From: an uncultured delta proteobacterium
GTDB lineage: Bacteria > Desulfobacterota > Binatia > UBA9968
Direction: 5' to 3'
Assembly (NCBI GenBank): GCA_963755715.1
Contig: CAVWLW010000031.1
Coordinates: forward strand, 1-30,033
DNA length: 30,033 nt
In this document: positions 1 through 9,059 of the stretch, piece after piece
Numbering within the stretch: the stretch's first letter is position 1
Layout of the letters: the number at the start of each line of letters is the position of its first letter
Notes under the pieces: model-generated
The model's input: the letters and a program-made list of their open reading frames with translations, nothing else
Told to the model about the DNA's origin: nothing
The model's database searches: none
Translations under genes and position numbers: made by a program

Positions 1-320
1 CGAGAGCATTATTGAAAATTATGATGAATACTCCTATCAATCTAGCTGTCCAAAAAAAATCTTGTGCTATTCGGTATTCAGGAATTTTACTCTGTTGGCG
101 CAAGGCAGAGGATGGAATCGAAATCGCTCGGCAAAAATGACAACTAGAATCTACTCATGCCAATTGTTCTAAATATTTGAGCAACATTGCTTGTAGATTT
201 CCTGATTCACGGCCTTGCTATCCTCTTTGTAGTAACAGCCGTAAAATATGGTTCTTTTCGTAGTTGAAATTTTGGAAAACAGAATGAGGGCAGATGGGGC
301 GCGACCTGCGCGTATACTGG

Positions 321-719
321 TTATCTTTCCAAGAGGATGAATTGCTCTATAACCGCCTCGATTTCTTTTAGAGGCACCGGCTTTTGGACATAGCCAACCA
401 TTCCAGAGCGCAACGCTTGCTCCCGCCATTCCGACCCGAAGTGTGCGCTGCAACCAATAATTGGAATATGTGCGGTCTGCGGATTTTGCTTTAGCGCACG
501 AGCAGCTTCAGTGCCTGTCATGTCAGGGAGAGTCAGATCCAGCAAAATAAGTTTAGGGTTTTCCTTAATGGCCGTTACAATCGCTTCGTCGCCGGTCGTT
601 GCCTCAGAAATTGTGTAGCCACGATGTTCTAGTGCTCCTGCGAGAATCCGTCGCAGATGCAGATTATCTTCAACGATAAGAAAGCCACTGCGCCCTATTT
701 GCTCACAAGGGGAGGCCAT
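321..719 (-). CDS. Single-domain CheY-like response regulator
   Basis: Receiver motifs LIVEDN, ILLDLTLPDMTG (phospho-Asp), HIPIIGCSA, YVQKPV; no output domain. Confidence 0.9.
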   Translation of the reverse strand: MASPCEQIGRSGFLIVEDNLHLRRILAGALEHRGYTISEATTGDEAIVTAIKENPKLILLDLTLPDMTGTEAARALKQNPQTAHIPIIGCSAHFGSEWREQALRSGMVGYVQKPVPLKEIEAVIEQFILLER

Positions 720-735
720 AGCTTAACCATGTGAC

Positions 736-756
736 GCAAATGCCGTTCCGGTGCCA
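736..756 (-). promoter_or_regulatory. Candidate sigma-54 (-24/-12) promoter
   Basis: Minus strand TGGCACCGGAACGGCATTTGC has two overlapping GG-N10-GC registers (TGGCAC..GGC and CGGAACGGCATTTGC) just upstream of the response regulator. Confidence 0.4.
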
Positions 757-919
757 AATTGCAGCTACTTACATTTTGTTTCCTCCTTATTTGTCTGCCA
801 AATCCCGTATTTGATGATGATCGCGGCAGTAATCACAGACAAATCGAATGCCTCGAAGCAGCATACCGAGCCTGGTAGATCTGTCGCTAGGGCATGAGGG
901 GTAACGGTAAACTTCCTCA

Positions 920-1108
920 TTAACCGTTACCACACTCCAAGCATCGCCCAAATTTCGAAGGCGCATCGCTTGCCGCGTATTCTCGCTTGTGACCGCATTC
1001 AAAAGTGATGATGCACCTGCCAACCTCGAAAAACCTCCCGCGCCTTGTTTGCTTGCGCATTTTCACGAACTCTCGCTTGACGACTTTTCTTGAAACGAGG
1101 GTTGGCAT
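920..1108 (-). CDS. Small basic putative Zn-binding protein
   Basis: 62 aa, ATG start with AAGA upstream; ITFECGH...RCLEC motif. Confidence 0.5.
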   Translation of the reverse strand: MPTLVSRKVVKREFVKMRKQTRRGRFFEVGRCIITFECGHKREYAASDAPSKFGRCLECGNG

Positions 1109-1225
1109 TTGTCTTTTCCGTCATCCTAGCATGGGGCGGGCAATAATCCCGCTTCGACCCTAAAGCCAGGAAAACCTGATGCGCGAAATGTCAAATCATT
1201 GACTGGCTCCTGTTGTGGACTTTGG

Positions 1226-1456
1226 CTATTTACTAGACCTGCTCGCGGCCAATTTCACCGCTTCTCTCAATTCAGTCGGCGTAAACCGAGCTTGGCGGAT
1301 CAATGCGTCAATAATATCGACCAGTGCTTTGAACTGTGGAATGGTCATAACGATCTTCGGTGAGAGATCTTTGTTTGCCGTAGACTTCTGGTTTTTCATT
1401 ACATTGGTCCATAAAACATCACGCGCCCTTGGGAAAGGAGCTTTGATCGCGGTCAA
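1226..1456 (-). CDS. Hypothetical protein
   Basis: ORF with amphipathic helical C-terminal half (QFKALVDIIDALIRQARFTPTELREAVKLA); true start may be the internal Met (MKNQK). Confidence 0.5.
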   Translation of the reverse strand: MTAIKAPFPRARDVLWTNVMKNQKSTANKDLSPKIVMTIPQFKALVDIIDALIRQARFTPTELREAVKLAASRSSK

Positions 1457-1856
1457 CGTTACGGCATTGTTCTGTCGGTGAGTGTGAACCGAGCTTGGTC
1501 GATCATGGTTTGAAGATAATCCATTAGAAATTTAAAGGATGATAACTTCTGTGAAACATAATTTCCTTTTTCATCCCTGAGAATTTAATTCGCGTTGAGC
1601 CGGTGTCAAGCCCTACAAAGACCGCTCGATTTCAGACCGGGTCAATTCCCTATCTCTATCTCCGATCGCTAGGTTTTTGCTACGGCCTCAACGCTGAAGT
1701 CCTTGGCTTAAGAACATTTCATACTTTTAGTTTCTCATCGGAGGATTTTTTCAGCCCCCACTTGATCGAGTCAAATCCTGAGAAATAATAAAAGTAGATC
1801 TCGCTTGTCGGTATCGATGATTCTATAGCCGCAATTTTAACGCGGAGGGTGTACCG

Positions 1857-2240
1857 ATGAACACGATGCAAAGCCATGACACCGGCGTTCTCGACAGGAT
1901 CGGTTTCTTATCTGAGCCCGACATCCTCACTAGTCACCAATATTACGACCAAGAAACCAGCGGTCGCCAACCTGAAAAAAGTTTGATGTCCGCCGTTTTA
2001 TTAGATGCGATCGAATGCTTTCAAAAATATCCGTTTTTGCATGACGAATATGAGAATCGTCTCTTCAGAGAGGCGGAAAACTGGATTTTAGACAACGATC
2101 GGGAATGGCTCTTTTCGTTCATCAATATCTGCGACGCTCTGACAATTGATCCGCACTATTTGCGAAAAGGTCTGTTGCGTTGGAAGGAAAGCGCCATGCA
2201 CTCACTTTCAAAAAGAGAGCGAAGTAAACGCTCTGCCTGA
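1857..2240 (+). CDS. Conserved hypothetical protein
   Basis: GGAGG RBS; QPEKSLMSAVLLDAIECFQ...EAENWI...FSFINICDALTIDPHYLRKGL pattern, which I recall from uncharacterised deltaproteobacterial proteins. Confidence 0.8.
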   Translation: MNTMQSHDTGVLDRIGFLSEPDILTSHQYYDQETSGRQPEKSLMSAVLLDAIECFQKYPFLHDEYENRLFREAENWILDNDREWLFSFINICDALTIDPHYLRKGLLRWKESAMHSLSKRERSKRSA

Positions 2241-2344
2241 AAGCTAGTCACTCGTGCAATTTGAGCAGCCGGAATGTTTCACCGCATAATTTTCAAATCT
2301 CATCAGCAACACACTAAAGCACCACTACCTCTCAATGAATCAAC

Positions 2345-2373
2345 TTGACGCCTCTTAATCGATCAAATACGGT
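2345..2373 (+). promoter_or_regulatory. Candidate sigma-70 promoter
   Basis: TTGACG-17 nt-TACGGT upstream of the 2437 gene, which has a GGAGG RBS. Confidence 0.45.
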
Positions 2374-2436
2374 TCAAGCTTACGAGCCGCTGTATCTGAA
2401 CGCCCTTTTGTCGCTAGTCAATTCACGGAGGACTTT

Positions 2437-2910
2437 ATGAATATCCCAAGCTTGCAAAAACCGGCTGGAATTTTTTCACTTGTTCTGCTGGCAATATTAA
2501 CTTTGCCCTTGATTGCGATAGCCGGTCCAGGAGAAGAAGCGAATGCAGTGATTGATCGTTGGTCGGCGGCATATAGTTCAAATGATCCGGAGGCCGTGGC
2601 GAAAAATTATCGCCCGGATGCGATTCTCCTCGGAACCGAAAGTCCCGTTTTATCGCAGGGCACCGATGCGATCCGGGCTTATTTCTCAAATCTAAAAGGA
2701 AGTGGGAATAAGAACACCATTGGCGAACGGCACACAATGGTGCTCAATGACAACGCCGTAGTAGTCACTGGCTTTTACGAGTTTACCCGCATGAAGGGCG
2801 GTCAGCCTATACCAGGACCGTCGCGGTTTACCATGCTTCTCATCAAGGATGGCGGCGAATGGCTCATTGCCCATCACCATTCCTCACCACGGAGCCAACC
2901 AGCTAACTGA
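2437..2910 (+). CDS. Exported SnoaL/NTF2-like protein (SgcJ/EcaC, DUF4440-like)
   Basis: Signal peptide; RWSAAYSSNDPEAVAKNYRPDA; RFTMLL...WLIAHHHSS; strong RBS. Confidence 0.85.
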   Translation: MNIPSLQKPAGIFSLVLLAILTLPLIAIAGPGEEANAVIDRWSAAYSSNDPEAVAKNYRPDAILLGTESPVLSQGTDAIRAYFSNLKGSGNKNTIGERHTMVLNDNAVVVTGFYEFTRMKGGQPIPGPSRFTMLLIKDGGEWLIAHHHSSPRSQPAN

Positions 2911-3886
2911 AAGTTTTCGGTTCCTTCACCAAATCCGGAAATTTTTGCAGCATCGCCTCGGGCGGCATCGCTTTGAGTCTTACCCCTAATTCCTGAGAGA
3001 GCATGATTGCATTTGCCGCCGCGTTTGCTCGTGCATGATTATTATAGAATGCGAATGATTTCTTCACACCAGCAGTGCTTGCGGCAGTGGTGATTCGCTC
3101 TGCGTGTTTTTTGATCTCGGCGCGAGAGTACAGATAATCATATCTTTCCCATGATTCTTTTGGATTCCACCATGCTTTGGCGTTTCGTCCATGAGCACGG
3201 AAGTAAAAGATATCGCCAATCGCCTTTGGTTCCTGGCGAATCGAAGTCGCGAATTTGGGTTCGTCAATAAGAACCCCGCTTGCTCTATTTTCCAAGAGCA
3301 GCGATTCGATCTCGGCGTTATTTTCATTCCAGCTCTTATGACGAAGTTCAACGGCTTTAGGATAATCGTAAAACCATCTCAAAGTATTCTGGACTTTTTC
3401 GAGATTTTCAGCCGAAAAGTGAAATCCAGCCGGGTATTGTAAAAGCAACACGCCGAGCTTTCCGGCTTCTGCTAATGGCAGAATGCCTGAGCGAAAATCA
3501 TCAAAGTCTTTCTGAGTTGGCGGTTCCCATTGGTCTTCTGAGCCTCCCCGACCGATCTTCATCGGGTGAGTGAACTTTTGCCAGAGTTTAATAGCGAAAG
3601 AGAAGTCATCAGGCGTTTTGCTTGCCCATGCTGTAGTAATTGCTGAAGATGGCGGGCGGTAAAAGGTGCTGTTGATCTCGCAGGTGTTGAAGATTTGAGA
3701 GTAATATTTTAGCTCGTCAAATCCTTTAGTCTTTTTCTCAGGATAGAATGCCCCATACCAGCCTTTTGGTGGCGCACCAGGATAGGAATAACCAGAGGTG
3801 CCGATTTTTATGTCTCGTGCTGAAGCCACTTGTTTCCGAGTTTTAGCCGATCGCAGCGGTTCTCGGATCGGCAGTTTCAGTGGCAT
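2903..3886 (-). CDS. DUF72 (YecE-like) protein
   Basis: IGTSGYSY, EINSTFY, LLQYP, AVELRHKSW, YFRAHGRN, RYDYLYS, FYNNH motifs; start may be the downstream GTG near 3830. Confidence 0.92.
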   Translation of the reverse strand: MPLKLPIREPLRSAKTRKQVASARDIKIGTSGYSYPGAPPKGWYGAFYPEKKTKGFDELKYYSQIFNTCEINSTFYRPPSSAITTAWASKTPDDFSFAIKLWQKFTHPMKIGRGGSEDQWEPPTQKDFDDFRSGILPLAEAGKLGVLLLQYPAGFHFSAENLEKVQNTLRWFYDYPKAVELRHKSWNENNAEIESLLLENRASGVLIDEPKFATSIRQEPKAIGDIFYFRAHGRNAKAWWNPKESWERYDYLYSRAEIKKHAERITTAASTAGVKKSFAFYNNHARANAAANAIMLSQELGVRLKAMPPEAMLQKFPDLVKEPKTFS

Positions 3887-4034
3887 TAATTTTCTCGATG
3901 ACCGTCTTTACCATCGGCAGCACATTCTGCAAGAGGAAACATTTGCATTCTTCGTTGTCGAGTTCCACCCCATAATAATCTTTGAACTTGTGAGTGGTCT
4001 CAATGACACGCGGCGTTTTAGTCGAATAATCCAA
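3843..4034 (-). CDS. Hypothetical protein
   Basis: Short ORF co-oriented with and overlapping DUF72; removing one base near 4020 would join it to an ATG at 4041 (MGLGLFDKTPRV...). Confidence 0.35.
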   Translation of the reverse strand: MDYSTKTPRVIETTHKFKDYYGVELDNEECKCFLLQNVLPMVKTVIEKINATETADPRTAAIG

Positions 4035-4326
4035 GCCCCATGAGTGTCGATATCACGCACCGGGTAAAAGTCGTGAATATTCCGTATAGGCGAACCCGGT
4101 CCCTATCAATCCTTGCTCCATGATCCATATACAGCTCGCGTTTTGATGACATCGCTTGTGACTGCCTCGGAAACTTTTAAGCTTGTCTCTGGAGAAAAGC
4201 TGCCCCCGCTTTATCAATTGACCAAGCCATGGTTCGTCCGAACGATGGCGGCTTGCCTGCCCTACTATGTTGCATCTGAAATACAAAGACTGATTCCGCT
4301 TGAGCGTCTCCATCAACATCACGGAA

Positions 4327-5202
4327 TCAGTCGTTCGACTTACGGACCTCGATCTGACCGTCGCGTATCCTGACTTCCAAAACGGGTTGAGCATGCACCG
4401 ATGGCGCTTCCAGCACGCGGCCGTCTTCCAGTGAATACCGTGAGCCGTGCCACGGGCACCTTACCGAAGTGCCTTCTAACTTTCCCTCTGAAAGCGGTGC
4501 GCCAAGGTGGGCGCACGTTTCGGCGATGGCGTGTATGCGCTGCCCTTTGCGCACGAGCAGGACGGGCATGCCATCGGCGTTCACGCGTTTCAATTCGTTC
4601 TCGGGTAGAGCGGCTTCGGCCAAGACCGGTATAAAATTCTCAGGCGGTGAATAGTCCGCGGTGTGATCGACACCAAGTTTTCTCTTATAGACAAGATGTC
4701 CACCGAGATAGGCGGAAAAAGTTGACACGATCAATCCGAGAAACGCAAATTGCCGTCCGGCCCGTCGTGAACGATTGCGTCGAAGGCATAGCGACGTCAG
4801 GTAACAGGCCGTCGCCGTGACATTGAGTAATCCGTGGGCGAGCCCGATGCGGCGAGATTCGCCGCCGCCGATCTTGGACCAATCTGCCAGTCCGGTGACC
4901 GCTGTTAGCGTCGCGGCAAACAGACCTACCGAAATCGCGGAATCCGCTGCTCGTCGCACCGCTCTGTTTCCATTCGTAATGTCAAGGAGGTCGAACACAG
5001 CAGCGGCGGTCCAGGAACCGAGCGGCACGTCCGTGAGGACCACGTGCAGCGGATGGCCCAACCAAGTGCCGTGTAAAATCTTCGCGCCCTCGGCACCAAT
5101 TGAATTGTCCAGCGTTGCCGCAATGGCCGGCTGCAAACGTTCTGCAATCGGTTCTAACCAGTTCTGCTGCCTGACTATTTCCACGGGTAAGTTGGTTTCC
5201 AT
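4327..5202 (-). CDS. DUF2231 membrane domain plus Rieske [2Fe-2S] ferredoxin fusion
   Basis: LHGTWLGHPLHVVLTDVPLG (DUF2231), TM helices, YLGGHLVY; Rieske CAHLG...CPWHGS; GGAGGGGG RBS. Confidence 0.92.
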   Translation of the reverse strand: METNLPVEIVRQQNWLEPIAERLQPAIAATLDNSIGAEGAKILHGTWLGHPLHVVLTDVPLGSWTAAAVFDLLDITNGNRAVRRAADSAISVGLFAATLTAVTGLADWSKIGGGESRRIGLAHGLLNVTATACYLTSLCLRRNRSRRAGRQFAFLGLIVSTFSAYLGGHLVYKRKLGVDHTADYSPPENFIPVLAEAALPENELKRVNADGMPVLLVRKGQRIHAIAETCAHLGAPLSEGKLEGTSVRCPWHGSRYSLEDGRVLEAPSVHAQPVLEVRIRDGQIEVRKSND

Positions 5203-5644
5203 AACAATACCCCCCTCCCAATCATGATATTGCTCTTGAAGCTTCGATCAAGGGGGATCTGATTCTAAGCAGCTTCTGCTGGACATCCTCGGCGCGATCA
5301 GCTCACAGAGGCTTATGATAAACTGCTGGATAATTTGACAACCGATTAGCTTGCAACCGTTCTCTTTCGCGCAGCCACCGCCGTTTTCTTTATTTATAAA
5401 AAGTAAATTACTTTTCAAAACCCGAATCGTCGTGCAACCGGATTTTTATGAGACAGGAAAACGAGATTTCCCGGAGTTTAAAGATTTATTATCCAGGTTT
5501 CCGAGTCGAACCTGAGAGATTCCATGCAACACTTTATGCGGCTTTACTGACAATTAGCGACGCCCCCGCTACCCGTTTTCCCGGTCTATTTGCTTTCCCC
5601 AAAAGACATGCTAAATAAACAGGATTTACTTTTGGAGGAACTAG

Positions 5645-5857
5645 GTGAACAGAAAGAAATTAGAAAAACGCATTTGGGGAAAGAGTATAGCATTTGCACG
5701 GCAGCACGGCCTTATTTCGGAAGAAGAAGCCAAGTTTTTACTGGATGAATATCTGAAGGAATTTAAGGCAAGAACTGATTGGCGATCGCAGAATTTCGGC
5801 CGTCTCTTTGGTAGTGCGTCTTGGACGGGTCAATCCGTTAATGCTTCTATGAGATAG
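5645..5857 (+). CDS. Hypothetical protein
   Basis: GTG start after GGAGG; extended -10-like TGCTAAATA upstream; helical GLISEEEAKFLL segment. Confidence 0.5.
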   Translation: MNRKKLEKRIWGKSIAFARQHGLISEEEAKFLLDEYLKEFKARTDWRSQNFGRLFGSASWTGQSVNASMR

Positions 5858-6039
5858 ATAATAATCGATAAAAAATAAAGGAAGAAAAGACTAGCCCCCA
5901 AAGCGATTTCTCCGAGTGAAACCAAATTAACAATCCAGTCACCTTATCCATAAGCCCGCCAACAAGCCGGGGTCTATCTGCTGTTTGTTGAATGAGTACA
6001 GATCGGGAATTGGGGCGCGTTAGCGATTCTCTGTTTGTT

Positions 6040-6432
6040 TCAGAATCCGATTCGGCGACGTTCTTTTTCGACATAGAAGATAGTATCGTCAGGTTCCATG
6101 ATATCAGAAGGGTTGAATAGGCTTGCACGGTACTCTGAGGCGTTCACGATAACTTCTTCCATAGCACTCAAATTATCTCGTTCTGCTTTATCCATGATCT
6201 TTCGCCGACCAATTTCAAATAATATCTTTCGAGTGTCCGGTTCCGATAACTCCTCCCATGGTAAACCGGCACGTTGAGTCGCCGTAACTTTAACGTCGAG
6301 GCTGTGGCGAGTTTCTTCTGCTGAGCCAATCAAGTCCGTGTCGATGACTGTGAAGGGAAACCGGTAAATAGCAGCGAAATCGGGCCGCGTAATGTTCTCT
6401 GATTTTCCAAAAGTCAAACGCAATGTTTTCAT
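6040..6432 (-). CDS. Hypothetical protein with C-terminal RRRIGF
   Basis: 130 aa, ATG with GAGG RBS, globular composition. Confidence 0.7.
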   Translation of the reverse strand: MKTLRLTFGKSENITRPDFAAIYRFPFTVIDTDLIGSAEETRHSLDVKVTATQRAGLPWEELSEPDTRKILFEIGRRKIMDKAERDNLSAMEEVIVNASEYRASLFNPSDIMEPDDTIFYVEKERRRIGF

Positions 6433-6793
6433 AACATCCTCATTTCACTCACGGCTTGCCACGGCGCGTCAAAGACAATTGCGCCACAAAAGGAACAATA
6501 AAAACAGAATTACGCCGCTCTAAAAAACGAAAATTATGTTAAGCGATCAGACACACCATAAACACAGGCAGCAGCAGCACCGACCGAGCTTATCCCTATC
6601 GGCCTGTCACTCCTTAAGAATTGTCCTTTTCTACGAGTTCTTGTAATTCACGCCATTATTTCAACGCGAGATATGACGATAGAGTTGCAATTAAAATCCC
6701 GATCAGCTCCCACGATCATGGCTTCTTTGAATTGCCGCTCATCCGCTGTCTATAAGTTTCCAGGTTTGATCGCTGCTCACTGTTCGGTAATTA

Positions 6794-7027
6794 TCATGCG
6801 GGATTTCGGTTCCTATTATCAATCCAGTCTTTAGCAAAAACATGGGCTTCCATTTCGGCGTCTTTACAGCTCGCAAAACTGCGCGTAAAGAACCATTCCA
6901 TCCAGAGCTTAACGTGCTCCTTCCCCTCCTCGGTCCAGTTAATCTGTGCGATAGGTTTCCATTCAATGCTGCCACGCACTGCTGCTGCACCAGAGCGAAT
7001 AATGTGCCGCTTATAAACCTCTTCCAT
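6794..7027 (-). CDS. Small hypothetical protein
   Basis: Probable start MEEVYKRH; pattern WKPIAQINW...F.S..DAE..A...AKDWID. Confidence 0.6.
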   Translation of the reverse strand: MEEVYKRHIIRSGAAAVRGSIEWKPIAQINWTEEGKEHVKLWMEWFFTRSFASCKDAEMEAHVFAKDWIDNRNRNPA

Positions 7028-7292
7028 TTCTACCCGTTTAAATAGACTTTTAGCGACCGTAATGCTGTTCACTTTTATACCAAACTAGGTTTTTAAGTTT
7101 GCTCAATATTACTGCGGCGACGGGTCTGTTGATGCTTCGATTGCCGAGCTTCGTGTTGCTCATGAGCTGCGCTGGACCTGCTGATGGGCTCTCCAAAATC
7201 TTTCAGCGCATAAATAATTCTGTGATTGGCAAAGGAATATCGAAGCAAGTTATTCCGGCCAAGCGACGACGACCACGATCTAGCACATTGGC

Positions 7293-7440
7293 GTGGAAGC
7301 ACTGCGCCCGCGGCGCCCTTGGGGATTCTGCCGTGAGATTCGGGGCTGGAACCCTTCCGTAGATCTCCGCGAAAACAGCGATTGCTTCCTACTCGAAGCC
7401 GATCTTCCGGGCGTCAAACTTGAAGACGTCAGCGATGAAC
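7293..7440 (+). pseudogene. Truncated Hsp20/alpha-crystallin remnant
   Basis: WNPSVDLRENSDCFLLEADLPGVKLEDV matches the first strands of the Hsp20 domain; similarity ends abruptly and I found no continuation (no GVL motif). Confidence 0.65.
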
Positions 7441-7744
7441 CATCTCGTCGAATAAACGTTCTCCCTCGCTGGATACACGGATTGGAAATGAAACTAGTTG
7501 GTCTTGCTTCTCCGTCATCGCCGTCACCTCCTCGTTGAGTGCGTGTGGTGTATTGGCATGACACGAGCTTTTCACGAAATACTAGAAGCAATGGCAGTGC
7601 CACGGGACGAGCGCGGTTTGCTTAGAGTTTCATGAGGAAAAATGCGCTTTCTTTCTTAACGCTGCGAAGCGAAAGCCTACCTTCTTCCAGGGATGCGAAT
7701 CTGGCCGCTTTAGTGGCGCCGTTCGCTGCGGTAGACTTGGAATC

Positions 7745-8971
7745 ATGGACAAAGGGTATCAGTTGATCGAAGCCGAAAACGGCGTTCCCATCAAAGCCTG
7801 GACCAAAGGCGTGGCCATTGAGGCGGAGGCGGAGAAGCAGTTGCGCAACGTCGCGCGGCTTCCTTTCATTTATAAATGGGTTGCGGCGATGCCGGATGTG
7901 CATTGGGGGATTGGCGCGACGGTGGGGAGTGTGATTGCGACGAAAGGCGCGATTATTCCGGCGGCGGTCGGCGTCGACATCGGGTGCGGCATGATGGCGG
8001 TACAGACGACGTTAAACGCTAATCAACTGCCCGACACACTGAAGCCACTACGGACGGCAATCGAAAAGGCCGTGCCGCACGGGCGCACCAACAACGGCGG
8101 GAAGGGTGACCGCGGCGCGTGGGGCGAGATCCCTAAGCGGCAGGTCGGCGTGTGGCGTCAGATCGAACGGGGATACAAAACGATTGCGGAAAAATATCCT
8201 AGGCTCAACCGCGGCAATGACGTCAATCATCTCGGCACGCTGGGGACCGGCAATCATTTTATCGAAGTGTGCCTCGATGAAAGCGATCAGGTGTGGTTTA
8301 TGCTGCACAGCGGCTCGCGCGGTGTAGGCAACCGGATCGGCATGTTTTTCATCGAGATGGCGCGCAACGATATGCGCCAGCATATCAAGAATTTGCCGGA
8401 CAGAGATCTCGCTTACTTCGAGGAAGGTAGCGAGCATTTTGAAGACTACGTCGACGCGGTGAGCTGGGCGCAGGAGTTTGCCATGTACAACCGCAAGCTG
8501 ATGATGGAGCAATTGATCGACGCGGTGAGCGAATCGGGCGAAGTGCCGCAGTTCGCGTTTACCGAAACCGCGGTCAATTGCCATCATAACTACGTGGCGC
8601 GGGAGGAGCACTACGGTCACCCAGTCTTCGTGACTCGTAAAGGCGCAGTGCGCGCCGGAAAAGGCGACATGGGCATCATTCCCGGCAGCATGGGCGCGCG
8701 CTCGTACATCGTGCGCGGCCTCGGCAACGACGAAAGCTTTCATTCGTGCAGTCACGGCGCCGGTCGCGCCATGTCGCGCAACGAAGCGAAGCGGCGCTTC
8801 AGCATCGACGATCACATTAAGGCGACCGCCGGTGTCGAGTGCCGCAAGGACGCCGATGTGATCGATGAAACGCCGATGGCGTACAAGCCGATCGAAGATG
8901 TGATGAATGCGCAAAAAGATTTAGTCGAGATCGTCCACACGTTGCGCCAGGTGGTGTGCGTTAAAGGATAA
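7745..8971 (+). CDS. rtcB: RNA 2',3'-cyclic phosphate/3'-phosphate to 5'-OH ligase RtcB
   Basis: MPDVH, GVDIGCGM, GTLGTGNHFIE, HSGSRG, CHHNY, RKGA, PGSMG, SCSHGAGR, DETPMAYK; 408 aa. Confidence 0.97.
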   Translation: MDKGYQLIEAENGVPIKAWTKGVAIEAEAEKQLRNVARLPFIYKWVAAMPDVHWGIGATVGSVIATKGAIIPAAVGVDIGCGMMAVQTTLNANQLPDTLKPLRTAIEKAVPHGRTNNGGKGDRGAWGEIPKRQVGVWRQIERGYKTIAEKYPRLNRGNDVNHLGTLGTGNHFIEVCLDESDQVWFMLHSGSRGVGNRIGMFFIEMARNDMRQHIKNLPDRDLAYFEEGSEHFEDYVDAVSWAQEFAMYNRKLMMEQLIDAVSESGEVPQFAFTETAVNCHHNYVAREEHYGHPVFVTRKGAVRAGKGDMGIIPGSMGARSYIVRGLGNDESFHSCSHGAGRAMSRNEAKRRFSIDDHIKATAGVECRKDADVIDETPMAYKPIEDVMNAQKDLVEIVHTLRQVVCVKG

Positions 8972-9056
8972 AGTATAAAGGCAAAAGGATAAAGTCGCCC
9001 AGCGAAAGATCAGCGGTTCAGTTTACCTATCCTTTATCCTTTTGCCCTTATCCTTT
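8963..9056. repeat. Heptamer-based (AAGGATA) inverted repeat
   Basis: AAAGGATAAAGTATAAAGGCAAAAGGATAAAG (8963-8994) and CTTTATCCTTTTGCCCTTATCCTTT (9032-9056) between convergent genes; may act as a bidirectional terminator. Confidence 0.8.
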
Positions 9057-9059
9057 TCG

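Noticed and set aside
1-172. Possible 3' end of a gene entering the window
   Set aside because: Two plus-strand frames are open but neither has a recognisable motif; cannot be supported.
4053-4394. ORFs 4053-4394 (-) and 4113-4373 (+)
   Set aside because: They overlap the Rieske gene end and each other, with no RBS or domain signal.
787-7072. Prophage or integrative element in the orphan-rich region
   Set aside because: No integrase, phage structural gene, transposase, tRNA or att-like repeat was seen.
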